Positions 29,491 through 47,097 of a stretch of DNA of 64,000 nt are shown here, in pieces; position 1 is the first letter of the stretch; each line of letters begins with the position of its first letter. The position numbers and the translations under genes were made by a program. The stretch is from assembly GCF_009914755.1 (NCBI RefSeq), contig NC_060935.1. One strand, given 5' to 3'. The notes below the pieces were generated by a model, which did no database searches, was not told where the DNA came from, and saw only the letters and a list, made by a program, of their open reading frames with translations. This DNA is from the human T2T-CHM13v2.0 reference genome, Homo sapiens.

Positions 29491-30284
29491 TATTTTTCTT
29501 GCCTACGAAGAAATTGAAACATGGCATGACTCAATGGAAAAAGATTCAGAACTCCTGCATCGGCAGGGTTTCCCTCATGGAAATTACAACTTAGTAAAGA
29601 AAATGAGTCATATACAAACGGAAATATAGCAAGTAATGAGAGGTAAGAGAGTAAATACGAAATAAGTAGTATCAATAGTAATGGCGAGAGTTGTCTACTT
29701 TGTAAAGCTTGTTCCATTGCTGTGCAGTTCAGGTGAGCTATTTTTGTATCATGGAGGTAGTGGGTAATATTCACCATTGAAGTGTCTGTTATGAAGTGAT
29801 GTTTACCCTTGAAGCAGTGTGAAGTTTGGATTGGAAGATGATTTGAAGCTATGAGACTATCCAAGAGATTGTTGCCATAATCTGGGAATGAGGAGATGAG
29901 GAGCTTGATTAGGATACAACCTCAGAACCTTAATGGCAAGTGAATCTTGAAAATGTAGTTTCCAGTCTTCCAGTCCTTTCATACAGATAGAGAGCATACT
30001 CCCTGTCTCAAGGAGACCTCTTTAAACTGTTGTCCTAATAATCCTGTACTTACTACTCACCTAGAATTGATCCCACTCTTCATGCATCTGTTTCTCCCCT
30101 GGAGTGTGAACTTCTTGGGAGTGGAAATTACCCCATTTCTCTTTGTCTCTTCAGCACCAAACAGAGAGCCTGATTCATAGTGTTCAGTAATGACTCCTGA
30201 ATACACAGATGGCCCTGCCAGAATCACTGATTTAGTATGGGGAGATCACATTGTTTATGAACTTAGAGCAAGGAGCCAGAGGAA

Positions 30285-30830
30285 GGAAAGACAGCAGGAT
30301 AGATCGGAGATAGAGGAAACAGATGGGAGATAGGAGAGATGGGAATTAGAAGGGGAGAAGGGATGTAGAGGGGAGAGATGGGAGATGGTGGGGAGAGTGG
30401 GAGATAGAGGGAGAGATACGAGATAGAGGGGGAGGTGGGAGATAGAGGGGTAGGTGGGAAATAGATGGGGAGGTGGGAGATAGGGATAGAGACAGGAGAT
30501 AGAGGGGGAGGTGGAAGATAGGGGTAGAGATAGGAGATAGAGGGGAGAGATGGGAGATGGGGGAAGGTGGGAGATAGAGGGAGAGGTGGGAGATAGGGGT
30601 AGAAATAGGAGATAGAGGGGGAGGTGGGAAATAGAGGAGGACGTGGGAGATAGGGGTAAAGATAGGAGATAGAGGGGAGAGATGGGAGATGGGAGGAGGT
30701 GGGAGATAGAGGGAGAGGTTGGAGATAGGGGTAGAAATATGAGATAGACGGGGAGGTGGGAGATAGAGGGGAGAGGAGATGGGACTGGGCATAAAAATGA
30801 GATGCTGGAGGAGATAAGAGTGAATGGGAT
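30285..30830. repeat. G/A-rich degenerate tandem repeat (GGGAGATAGAGGGGGAGGT-like unit)
   Basis: Almost C-free top strand; repeated gggagatag cores; ~132-bp higher-order copy at 30521 and 30653. Confidence 0.9.
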
Positions 30831-32679
30831 CAAGAGCAGTTAGAAGTATTAGTCTTGGCAGAAAAGCAGGACACTTCTCAGATATGACAGTGAAAGAAGT
30901 TCTGGAGATATTTTAATGAGAGCTAGGAAAGCTGAGGGAATTTGCATTAAATTGTATAATCTTCATAGTGAAAGTAAAATTACCTATAGAAAGTGAGGTG
31001 GCACATTGGAATTAAGTGATAAGGAAACAGGAGTGGCTGCTATGGGCAGTGCCATTCACAGACACTGCCAAGAGAGCTGAATGAAAGAGTTCTAGCAAGA
31101 GGGAGGGCCCTGCTAGGATTAGTATTTGATCTTAATAGTTTGTGTTTGATCTTACATTGAAAGGAGCTCAGGGTTATTTTATCATTCTATTTCCATATTT
31201 TAGGATACTTAGATTTTCTGGAGAAAGTCTTGGGAAAGAGATAGCATTGCTTAGCTGTGGAAGGGTCACATTTGGGTGGCAAATGAGGTTCTAGGATGGC
31301 AATGAGTGCATTATTAAAGTGAGATGTGGGCAAATGGTCCCTGAGAGGGGGTGATGGACTGGGAAGTTAACTCAGATGAGGAAATGGAGATCACAAGAGG
31401 CTAGAGAGGTGGAGTAAAAGTCCGGGAATGGAGACACTGACAGTTTATAGACATGGTGTGATGCTTTGCAGCTATTTGGATCCATGAAGACACCTGTGGA
31501 ATTCCTGTTACTCTGCAGTTACCTGTGGTTGAGTAGAGATTGGGGTCACCAGCTTTGCAGAGAAACTCAGAGGCTAAGGAATGAAAAGCATTTTAAGGAG
31601 GGATGTTGGAAACCTTGGGTATGATGATAGAGGGCACCATAGAGAAAGGGCCATGATGAAGACCAGAGGGAAGCTGTGGCCCGATGCCCTGCACATCATC
31701 TGTTGAGGGAAAGTGACTGAAGATTGGCTCAGAATGAAGAATGGGCATGAGGAGAAGTCACTTTCACTGATCAGGGTTAGGAGGAACGTTGAGTCAGAAG
31801 ATCAACGTGTCATTTAAGAGAATTCTGAGGATGGGGTGTCAGAGTCAGTGTAACGTGGACTCTGACGTCAGACTGACCTGGTTTGAATTCGACTCCTCTA
31901 ACTACAAACTGGAGATTCAATCTTCTAAGCCTCAGTTTGGGGGTACTGGTTATTACCTAGGCAACATCAAAAGGCTAAGTGAGAATTCTATGTGAAAATG
32001 TGTATAAGTGCATAGTATGTAATAAATATTTAATAATGATGCTACTATTAGTTTTCCCATAGGGAAATTTATAACAGGATGATGGTTCTGAAGAGCTGAA
32101 GGCAGAAACCCATGGGTTGATATGAGTGGGGTGGAGTCTGACCCATTTGGACACATTTGTGAGCATAGGTCAGGGGAAATAGGAGGGAGGAGTATATGGT
32201 CTTTGTGGCAAGTTGTAGGGCCTAGGAGGCAGGAAAGGGTGACATGTTAACAAAGGAAGGGCCAGCGCATCCTGGCAGCTCTGGAAGACATTGGGGAGGG
32301 AGGCATGGTGGTGGGCACCAGGCTGGGTATAGATATAATCCATCTCTGAGAAATCTGTAAACACTACATGGTAGAAGGAGCAGGGGCCTGAGTTCATAAG
32401 ACCTGGGATTGACTGAGGCCTTCTTCTTCCACCTAAATCAGCTAAGGGCTGTGTGACCTTGGGTAAGGTATGAGAGGAGGAATGTGAAAATGGTCTGTAG
32501 CCTGTTAGGTGCTCTGTAGTGTCGGGATGGGGGCCAGTGGGGATAGCCCTGGGACTATCAGACAAGAATGCATGCATATAGAGAGCATTACACACTAACA
32601 GGTGAATGAGTCTGATGACACTGACTTTGACGTAATTTTTTAAAAAATAGGCTTAATTGTAAAAAATTAGTGAAGTTAA

Positions 32680-33105
32680 CTTTTTTTAGAGCTGGTTTAG
32701 ATTCACAGCAAAATTGAGCTAGAAATACAGAGATTTCCCATATACCGTCTTATACTCCCTACTCCACGTGTGCACAGCCTCCCCTAATACCAGTATCCCC
32801 TACCACATTTGTTATAATCAGTGAACCTCCATTGACACATCATTATCACCCAGAATCCATAGTTTACATTAGGGCCCAGTATTGGCATTGTACATTCTAT
32901 GGGTTTTGATAAATGTACAACGGTAGGTGTCTACCATTGTATTTAAGAATAGTTTCACTTCTCTAAAAATCCTCTGTTCTTCACCTCTTCATCCTTTCTC
33001 CCTGCTAACCCTTGGCAAGTACTGATCTTTTCACTTTCTCCATAGTGTGGCCTTTTCTAGGATGTCACAGGGTTGGAATAATATTAATAGTACGTGGCAG
33101 CCTTT
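32680..33105 (-). mobile_element. L1MC-like 3' end
   Basis: tttttagagctggtttagattcacagcaaaattgag...ccattgacacatcattatcacccagaatccatagtttacattagg. Confidence 0.8.
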
Positions 33106-33661
33106 TTTAGAATTTGCAGATGACTCTCATAACTATAGCAACCCTATGAGGCAGGTCTTATTATCCCCATTCAATAGAGTAGGGTGCTGAGGCTCTGAAA
33201 TTGGAAGTACTTGGCTGGAGATCCCATAGCAGGTGAAGTATGAGAGCATGGTCTTATCTTAGGTTATCAGATCCCCTTCCAGCAATCGTGGCCTTCCTTG
33301 CGGGGAAGAGGAGAAGGCTATGGTGACTTATTGTTGTCCTGTTTTTGCAAAGCCTTTTTCTGTGGCCCTGTATTTTTTCTTCTTTAAGGAGAAAATGTAT
33401 TCTGAATACAATTTTTCTTCTATTCCTGTTTCAGTCAGAGATCTGATTTTCTATTTGCTCTAAAACTCCAGTTGAAATACTGCTGTCTCCTTTTCTGTCA
33501 AATCAGTCCTGAAAGACACTCCTGCCTCATTGATTCCTCATGCTTACCCCTGGCCAGTCACTCTCTGTTTCTCCCCATCTCATCTCTGTCAGAGATGGAT
33601 TCTCATTTCAGCCATGGCACCTTCCTCGGAGAGTGATGTTCTTTGTCCTGTCATTGCTTAC

Positions 33662-33762
33662 GTTTCCTTCTGAATAGCCAGCACTCAACCCCCAGCGTTC
33701 TCCTTTTAGATGTGTTATCTTGTGATTCGTTATGTTTAGCCAGGCTGTTTCATAAATGAATT
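33662..33762 (-). other. Candidate 101-nt exon (gene unassigned)
   Basis: Minus-strand acceptor ctgtctgtccctctgtag| and donor AAC|gtaagc in apparently non-repetitive sequence; no transcript evidence available. Confidence 0.25.
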
Positions 33763-35379
33763 CTACAGAGGGACAGACAGATTCTATAAAAACCTCAGTT
33801 CTGTTTTGTAACCACGTGTGGCTGACAGCGAGGGACACGGAGGTAGCACCCTCTGAGCTGGGCTTCAGGGCAGAGAGCATGCGTGTAGCAAGCCTGCCTG
33901 TATGCAAGAGGGAAGTGAGCATGGACTTGGGAGCTGAGCTACTTTTTTGGCTCCATTAGCCCTGGGTGGTTAAGGGTCTGGGTCTGCCTTGAGCAAAAAA
34001 GAGAGTAGAGGTTTATCTTCTTCTCCTGCTCTCTTTCTCTAAGGCTGCCTGCCTGCTTCAGAGGCAAATAACTGCTCAGTGTCCTGGGGAAGGCTTGACC
34101 AGACCACAGATGGTCGCAGACTTGGCAAAGGCTCCTGTGCCCTTTACACAGCACAGATACAATGGTGGCAGGGGCAAACAGTGGATGTGTTAGTGGTTTC
34201 CTGTGTGGACTAATGACCAGAGTTCAAGTGAGCTTCCTTGATGCATTGGTTGTGCAGAAAACCCTGGGATCTTTGCACAATCTCAAGGGATAAGCTCTTC
34301 CCACCACCTGTAATAATTGAGATGGAATTTTCTGCCACTGTGTTAAAGGGTGCCTCTGCATTGGATTTAAATTGATTTAAAGTACATGCAGAAATATGGT
34401 ACTAATGTATATCTCAGTTTATAGACTGAAATTCAAGCCTGCTACATCTTAAACCTGAATACAAAACCCTCCAGGGCCGCGGTCAGTCTCATCCCTAGAC
34501 ATGCCCTGTTCCAGCTTTACTTTTCAACATGGCCAAGCAGCTTGCAGTTCCAAGCAGAACTTCTTTTCTACCTTGGTACCTTTGCTTGGGGTGCTGGAGA
34601 AGGTGCTTCTAAAACAAAACCACTTATATACAGGTTAGTGTGTTTCAAACTGTGTGATGCCGCTGCTCTGAGTGTTGATAACTCAACCAGGAAGAATCAA
34701 GTGACACAGACACCACTGACCAGCAGCCTTGAGGTAGCCTGGCATGAGAGCTCTCTGCTCAGCAGGGCCCCTCTATACAGAATGGGCCTTACCAGTGGAT
34801 TCCCTCTGTTGGTGAGTTCAAATGCAATGAACAGAATCAGCAGACAGTAGGACGGGAAGAAGCCAAGACATACAAGGAAAAGATGGTAGGCAGAAGCTCA
34901 GTGGCAATAAATGCCACGAATAAACAGAAATTAGAGGGAATGAGACCCAAAAACAAAGAAAGCATCTTTTACTGGTAACATGGGAATAGCAAAGCAGAGG
35001 AGAGAGAGTGGATGAGAGAGACAGACACACAGAGAGAGAAAGATGCTAATCACCAGTGTGATGGATCACTAGAATCAGGGGCAATGGACCTACTTCTTGG
35101 AGGATCCAGAATAACTGAATGCTAAGAATTGTGTTGATTCCTGAATATCCCAAAGGAGATCTGACTATTCTGATATAGAGATGGCTTCCTGTCTCTTATT
35201 TCCTTATGTATCTTTATATTAAATTCCTATTAACTGAACCAACTTTTTAGTCTTTCAATCTGGAAAAATCTTAGACAGTCCCCTCTGCTGAGATTGCTCT
35301 TCTGCCCCTTCTCCCCGTGGCTAATTTAGAATCTTACTTTAAAACTCAGTTCAGGTGTCCCCTCCTCCTCATTTCTTCT

Positions 35380-35733
35380 TGTGTTGCTCTGCTTGGGCTG
35401 CTATAACAAAATACCATAAACTGGGTTGCTTATAAAAAATAGAAATTTATTTCTCATGGTTCTGGAGGCTGGGAAGTCCAAGATCAAGGTGCAAACAGAT
35501 TCAATGTCTGATGACAGCCCACTTTCTCACAGATGGCACCTTCTTGCTGTTGTCCTCACATGGTAGAAGGGGCAAGCTAGCTCTCTGGGGTCTCTTTGTG
35601 TATGGGCACTAACCCTTGAACAGTGGCTTCATGACCAAATCATCTCCAAAGGCCCCACCTCCTAATGCTATAACTTGGGGGTTAGAATTCAACACATGAA
35701 TTTGGGAGAGACGTAAACATTCAGACCATAGCA
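35380..35733 (-). mobile_element. MaLR solo LTR (MLT1A0-like) nested in an L2 fragment
   Basis: gggctgctataacaaaataccataaactggg...ggaggctgggaagtccaagatcaagg...aaacattcagaccatagca. Confidence 0.9.
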
Positions 35734-36519
35734 CTTCCCTTTTCTCTCTTCCCCTCAGTCTCCCATCCTCTGTGCTCCCTAAGCCTGTGAATATCTCCAT
35801 CACTGCACTTATCTCACTGTGTGTAATCATCTGTTTATCATCCCTGTTAGATGTCTGCCTATTGATGACAGGGATTATATTTTATTCACTTTTAAATCCA
35901 ACTAGCACATGTTAAAACTTGAAATTGAACTCAGGTCTTGACTACTAGTCTCTTTACTACTGCTTTATCCTGTCTTTCAGTAGGTTTTTTCAGCAAGAGA
36001 TTTTTTTTCCTAGTACCTTTAAAATCACACAAGTTTAGGCCTTGGTATTTTCTGAAACCTGCCTATTCTCAGAGTAAGACACAATTATTTGTTATTCTTA
36101 GGTTTGCTTGCTAATTTTTTAGCTGAAAAATAAAATGCTCAGTGATTTCTTTCTCACTGAAGAGTAGTAAGGCTGAAACATTTGTGGTTAAACAAATCTT
36201 TAAGATCTATTCCCAGGTGCAAACCATGTCAAAATATACCAGACACCTATGTGGCAAAAAAGGCCCAGAGATTTATAGTGGGCTATGAATGAATTGAAGA
36301 AACAAGATTCTGGAAGCTTGGCTACAGAAAAGCTAAACATAGAAGGAGGAATGAGGAATCTACTGACAGGTAGGGGACTAGGGCACAAAATTAAAGGATA
36401 CATCACTCTCTGGTTTCTGCATGGAACTCGTAGGCAAAGACTCCATAAATTTTGCACCCTAGTCTACGGATTGGTTGTTTTATAACCTGAAACACTTTCT
36501 TTTTTAAAAATGCTTTTGT

Positions 36520-36645
36520 GACTAGGACATTTAAGAAATGGGATGGTGTCTGTTTTGTTCCCTGCCCTATCCCCAGCACCTAGCACAGCTCCTGGCACAC
36601 TGTCAGCACCCGATGGGTATTGGTAAGTATTTGTTAAATGAGTAA
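36520..36645 (+). mobile_element. L2 3' end
   Basis: ctatccccagcacctagcacagctcctggcacac...aagtatttgttaaatgagt. Confidence 0.7.
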
Positions 36646-37504
36646 CAGGAAGATTTGGAGGAACCAAGGTAGGTTCAGCAATAAGCAGTGTTATGTCTTT
36701 TGGAGCAGACAAGAAATAAACTTACTTTTAGAACAGATGACTTAGATTAGGTAAGAGGATGAGAAACAGATCCTTATATTTCCAAAGCAAGGATGAGTTA
36801 CTTAACTAGTTTCTTCCCTAGTGGGCTTTTACAAAGAAAACACTAACATAAAAAAAAAACCCCACAAAAAACTAGTTTAGGCTAGTGATATGGGATTAGT
36901 TGGGATGGACTTTGGAAGAAGCTCCAAATCTTTATTCTGTTATTATTCATTAATTTATTTTTCTAGCAATCATTTATTGAACATCTGCTTGATGTCATAA
37001 TTGACAAAGCTTAATTGCTGTGGCATAATCAAAGGCCTGGATCTAAATATGAGAGCCCTCTTAACCTAGCTGAAGGAATTTGGAGAAAGGTGGTGGTGTT
37101 ATCTGAGGGAGGCCTTCTGCGGCTGGGCAGAATCCAGTACCATACTATACTAAAAGCCCTTTGGTTCTATGTGATCAGCACCAGCAGTTGATTGGTTAAT
37201 TGAAAAAGCTGAGTAAAATGAAGAAGCATAAAACATGATTCATAGGTTCCCTAGAGATCTTATTTTAACTCAATCTGGATAAATGTGCATTTATTTGCTG
37301 ATCTATTGACACAAAATCATGGCCTTTGAGTATGGGTACGTCATTGCGGAGTTCAGCCCTGTATTTCTTGCATAACCATACCCACAGTACACCATCTGTG
37401 ACTTCCAGTTTCAGTTTCTGTAAAATGGAATTAGAATTTAACACTAGGAAGCAATCTGAGTGTAGAACACTTCAAGATTTGTATAACACTCTCCTCCCCC
37501 AATC

Positions 37505-41870
<4,366 letters not shown>

Positions 41871-42079
41871 TATTTTGTAAGCAATAAAAATAATATTTTC
41901 TTATAGGTAACAAATTATATTGATAACGAATCAAATCTCTTCATATTTGTATTTAATCAGTTTATAATATACAAGTATACCTACATATTATATAAAGTAA
42001 TACATAATATATGAGTATATAAATATTAAATTAAATTACATAATTATAATAGGTAAAGAGTTTTTTAAACTGTTTATAT

Positions 42080-42303
42080 GGCTGGGCACAGTGACTCATG
42101 CCTGTAATCCTAGCACTTCAGAAGGTGGGAGGATTACTTGAGACCAGGAGTTCGTGACCAGCCTTGGCAACATAGAGAGATGCTGTCTCTAAAGAAAATT
42201 AAAAATTAACCCAAGAAGTTGACGGTGCAGTGAGCTATGATCACACTACTGCAATCTAACCTGGGATACAGAGTGAGCCTCTGTCTCAATAAAATGAAAT
42301 AAA
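42080..42303 (+). mobile_element. AluJ-like with internal deletions
   Basis: ggctgggcacagtgactcatgcctgtaatcc...ggaggattacttgag...gcagtgagctatgatc. Confidence 0.85.
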
Positions 42304-42808
42304 CTGTTTAGATTATAATCATATAGTTCAGCTGGGAGAAATGTGTGTTAATAGAGATTATGATACCAGCTTAAGCACAACACTCAGTGTGCTGTGGCCA
42401 TCAGTCGTATGTTTTACGGAGGGCTGGAGCACTGTCAACTCAGTAAATACAGCTTAGTTAGGAGAATATCTATTAAATCCAGATTATATGACCATTTCCC
42501 AAATTTGGTCTTATGTTTTGGATGTCCAGAAACTCACTCTTGGGTGAGACAAAAGATAATCAGACTTATGATACTGGCTCAGATTAATGAATACAAATGG
42601 CCTAAGATCCATGTCTGTATATCAGCAGTTCATTTATAATGAAAGATAACTGTCAGAGGGCCCTGGCTATTGGAAGGCTGAATGATGAGCATGTTTTGTG
42701 CATGCCTTCTTATTTATTATTCTTTTATAGTGTAACCTGTAATATTTTGTACTTATTTTAATGCCAACTTATCTGGTAATTGGACCTGAGGGTTGAATGA
42801 GGATTATA

Positions 42809-42850
42809 TGTGTGGGGTATGTGTGTGTGTGTGTGTGTGTGTGTGGTGTG
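42809..42850. repeat. (TG)n microsatellite
   Basis: Direct reading. Confidence 0.9.
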
Positions 42851-42867
42851 CTTAGCTTTAAAAGGCT

Positions 42868-43516
42868 TTTAACTTTTTTTTAGTTTTAGGTTCACAGAAA
42901 AATGGAGTGGAAAGTACAAAGAGTTCCCATATACTCCCAGCCCCTACATATGCACAGCGTCTCCCGTTATCAACATCTCCCACCAGAGTAGTACATTTAT
43001 TACAATTGATGACCCTACATTGACACATCATGTGACCCAAAATCCATAGTTTATATTAGGGCTCACATTTGGTGTACATTCTGTAGCTTTGGACATAAGT
43101 ATAATGACACATATCCACCATTATAGTGTCATATGAAATAGTTTTCACTGCTCTAAAAATCCTTTGCTTTCTGCCTATTCATCCCTCATGTCCCTCTACT
43201 CCTGACAATCGCTGATCTTTTTACTTTCTCCATAGTTTTGCCTTTTCCATAATTTTATGTAGTTGCAATCATACAGCATGTAGCCTTTTCAGATTGGCTT
43301 CTTTCACTTAGTAATATGCGTTTAGGGTTTCTCTGTGTCTTTTCATGACTTGATAGCTTACTTGTTTTTGGCACTGAGTAATATTCCATTGTCTGGATGC
43401 ATAACAGTTTATTTAATCATTCACAAGGGACATCCTGGATGCTTCCAAGTTTTGGCAATTATGAATAAAGCTACTACTATAAACATCCATGTGTAGGTTT
43501 TGTGTGAATATAAGTT
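42868..43516 (-). mobile_element. L1MC-like 3' end
   Basis: agttttaggttcacag...ttgacacatca...tcagattggcttctttcacttagtaatatgc...gcttccaagttttggcaattatgaataaagct. Confidence 0.85.
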
Positions 43517-43598
43517 GATTGTCAACAAAGAAACAAAGACAAAACGACAAGTTTGTTGTTGTTGTTTGTACTTTGTACTCAATTTTACTGTGAACCTC

Positions 43599-43654
43599 AT
43601 TCACCTTGGTATATTACCCAAATAGGAATATTTGGGTAATATACCAAGGTGAAT
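43599..43654. repeat. Perfect 26-bp inverted repeat with 4-nt GGAA loop
   Basis: attcaccttggtatattacccaaata-ggaa-tatttgggtaatataccaaggtgaat. Confidence 0.97.
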
Positions 43655-44449
43655 AAGGATATTTTTGTTGGTTTGTCTTTGTTGTTATTTATGTTTCGTT
43701 AATTATAAAAGAGACTTGAGGAGGTTGCATGCCACAGGGAAGGATCCATCAGAAAAGAAGAAACTGAGGTTTCAAAGATAGATTACAGATAATTAGAAAT
43801 ACTTATGTTTGGATGGGAGAAAGGATTCTTTATCTGTTGTAATTTGAGAGAAGGAAAAAAGAAAATGTGTCTGTATAAGAAGGAATGTTGGTATGTTGGC
43901 ATGAAGTTGAGAGAGTGCTCATCAGTGGCTTTTATTTTCTTGGTGAAATAAGAGGTAATGTCTTGAGGGTTTTAGAAGTGTAGGGAAGGCTTGGAAGAGT
44001 GGTCCTGGAGTAGAGCTTTCTCTCACTAGGGAAGTAATCAAGGCTGGCTGTGCTATTTGAGGAGCTGGTTGTGACTAGAGGCCATGACTGGTGATGGCCC
44101 GGATTTCCAATAGCCCCAGAGCTCAGAGGCGGACATGAGAAGGTGGAATTTGAGTTGTTCTTGGGTAGCTTTGCCAGTTGTGAGCAGGGAGCTTGTAATA
44201 TGATAGAAGGGATAGTTGCTCTGAGGACTTCTTTGTTTACATTTTTGCTCTTTTACTCTGTTTCTCTGTACTGGGGCCTCTGGTGAGGTGAGTGAAGTGT
44301 GCCTAGTGATAGGCTAACACATGTCTGAAAATGCTTGGGGGCAGTTTGTTGGACTCTCCTTATATTGACATGCCCCCAAAACGTGCTCATGCATTTTAGC
44401 ATTTGGCAGTTCAACAGTTTAGGTAAATTAAAGCTAACTGAGAGTTTTT

Positions 44450-44923
44450 TTTTTCTTTAAGTTTTAGGGTACATGTGCACAACTTGCAGGTTTGTTACGT
44501 ATGTATACATGTGCCATGTTGGTGTGCTGCACCCATTAACTCGTCATTTACATTAGGTATTTCTCCTAATGCTATCCCTCTCCCCTCCCCCCCACTCCAC
44601 AAAAGGCCCCGGTGTATGGTGTTCCCCTTCCTGTGTCCATGTGTTCTCATCGTTCAGTTCCCACCTATGAGTGAGAACATGCGGTGTTTGGTTTTCTGTC
44701 CTTGCGATAGTTTGCTGAGAATGATGGTTTCCAGCTTCATCCATGTCCCTACAAAGGACATGAACTCATCCTTTTTTATGGCTGCATAGTATTCCATGGT
44801 GTATATGTGCCACATTTTCTTAATCCAGTCTATCATTGTTGGACATTTGGGTTGGTTCCAAATCTTTGCTATTGTGAATAGTGCCGCAATAAACATACGT
44901 GTGCATGTGTCTTTATAGCAGCA
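44450..44923 (-). mobile_element. Young L1PA (about PA4-PA5) 3' end
   Basis: ORF2 C-terminus 44654-44896 ([29 protein letters not shown]); TSD tgagagttttt at 44439-44449 and 44924-44934. Confidence 0.93.
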
Positions 44924-45479
44924 TGAGAGTTTTTGTGGTCAGTGTCAGTGCCTAGAAATAGAAAAATAAATATGAAGGGGCTCTTGTGTTCCAGGAGTTC
45001 ACAATCTAGTGGAAGAGACAGACAAGTAAATTACATGAAAAAAATACAATGTGATAAGTCTAAAGATAAGGACATTTACCTGGGGTTGCAGGTGCCCAAG
45101 GAAGGCTTGGCCCCAACTCAGTTGTTGGCTCACCACATTGGAATGGCAATGGGTGGAAGAAAGCTCAGCTTCTGACTCTCACTTAAGAAGGGGTGCTGTG
45201 TAGGACACAAGTCTGGATGTGGCTGGAGTGCTGGCTTCCTGCACGGAGGAAGGGACTGAGGTTTCAAAAAGGACAAGCCAGGCTCCCTGTGGGGGCTGTG
45301 GAACCAGAGGGGGTGAAGCTTAGCTTGGATGGGCTTTGCCAGGTGCTTCTGCCAGGCTGTGTCAGCATTGCAGTGTGGATTCTCCATGGCAGGGAGCCTA
45401 GCAAGAACGATGTTGAGCTTTGTCTGGTTGCATTCTGCATCAGAGCACAGACATTTGCTGTAAAACCTCACTCAGCAAA

Positions 45480-46840
45480 GGATCGGACAGGACAGTGGTG
45501 GTGAAGAATGGGCTCTGAGATGCGGATCTTATCAAGTGTAAAGCTTTGGACTTATCTTCATATCTGTGAGTCTCAATAGAGGCTTCAGTGCCTGTGTGAC
45601 ATTTTAGAACAAACACTGAGGTAAAGTTGAGAGGCGGCATAGGCAGAGGCTGTCTCTGGGTTTCAATCTTATGATCTGACAAGGGAATGGGGTTAATAGT
45701 AATAACAACTACAACAAATACTACTACTACTGACATTGATTAAGCATTTGCTTAATGAGTGACAGGAATTTATTGTTCTATTTAACCACTAATTCAGGTT
45801 ATATGGTAACTATTAGGAATATTATTTTAAAGGCAATAAATCAAGGTTTGAAGAGACTGAGTAACTTGCTCAAAATCATACAGCTAGGGTGACCAACTAG
45901 GGCACGAGCTGACTGTGTCTGACTTCAAAGCTCAGCCTCTTACCAACAACTGCACACTGCCCCAGAAACATTTATATCTGTTTGCTTTCCAGTATTCAAG
46001 CCATCTTTTCTCCATTAGTTCACTTTAACTTCACAGTGTTCCTGGGAGGCCAGCAGAACAGGTAATAATTGGTCCTATTATGAGGGCAGATGTGGAAATC
46101 GAGGCCCTGAGCCAATAGGTGGCGAGCCTAGTGGTGCACGCTGGGTTTGTAGCTGAATTGAGCCTCTAACCAGTGTTCAATGTCTACCCACTCATACCCT
46201 GGTCCTCTTTCTCTGTTCCATCTAGCTGCACAGTTCAGTCTCCCTTATAGGACTACAAGAAAGATTAGAGCATCCAACGTCCTTAGAGGAGCTTAAATGC
46301 CTCTGGAAACAGCCCAAAGCAGGTAGGAGGAGGAAGCAGCTCTGATATTTCCAATACCTGCAGCTGTTAAGGCAACTACTAGGTGGTCAGATACTGAGTT
46401 TGAAGAAAGGCACTGCTTAGGCCAGGAACTGGGGTTAACCCCTGTATAGGGTAGTTGGCTAGATACTGAGAAAAATCAACCCAGGAAAGGCCTGCCTCAG
46501 ATTGACTCAGAGTCGTGGCTGTTTGCCTTCCATTGTGCCCCTCTGCCCCCAAGGTTCTTGTGCCTGCTGACCATCCCTTTGAACTTTGCCTATTCCTTAT
46601 AATTAAGAATTATGTCTCTCACACCTAGCTGTCACTCTACTTTTCAAAGGCTTTCTCCTTATATGCTCTTATTGGCCTTCTGTAACAGCCATGGAGAAAA
46701 GAAAGTCAGGGCAAAACATTTTATAAATGACTTTTAGAGGGCTCAAATGACTTTTTCAAGATATACAGGTATTAGGTGGTAGAACAAGGACTCAAGCATA
46801 ACCCCATAGCTCTAAAGCCTATGGTCTTTTTGCTACCCTA
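45480..46840. mobile_element. Cluster of MIR fragments
   Basis: Repeated MIR cores (gagtaacttgctcaaaatcatacagctag; gactgtgtctgacttcaaagctc; aaatgactttttcaagatatacag). Confidence 0.55.
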
Positions 46841-47097
46841 AATAATTTCCCCAAATCCATCTGGCTGCCTTCCATTTCCTTAAGGCTTAAATGTTCTCTG
46901 GCTTATGGGTTACCTCTCTCAATTTGTTTCAAGAAGATTCTGGCAACAGAAATCCTGAAAATCGAGTGGAAATTCCTGGGTATGAGTGAGCTACTTGGCA
47001 TTGAAAACCTTTTTATCAATGGTCCTCAGATCACATTCCAATAGGCATTTACCCACTTTCCTATTGCCGTGGGCCAATCTCCCAAGTATTTCCATTG

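Noticed and set aside
30255-30833. 192-aa and 148-aa Pro/Ser/Leu-rich ORFs
   Set aside because: Artefacts of a low-complexity pyrimidine strand lacking stop codons
33560-33620. Plus-strand splice acceptor-like pyrimidine tract, and isolated strong minus-strand donors near 8177, 51745, 51872
   Set aside because: No convincing partner splice site; some lie in L2 remnants
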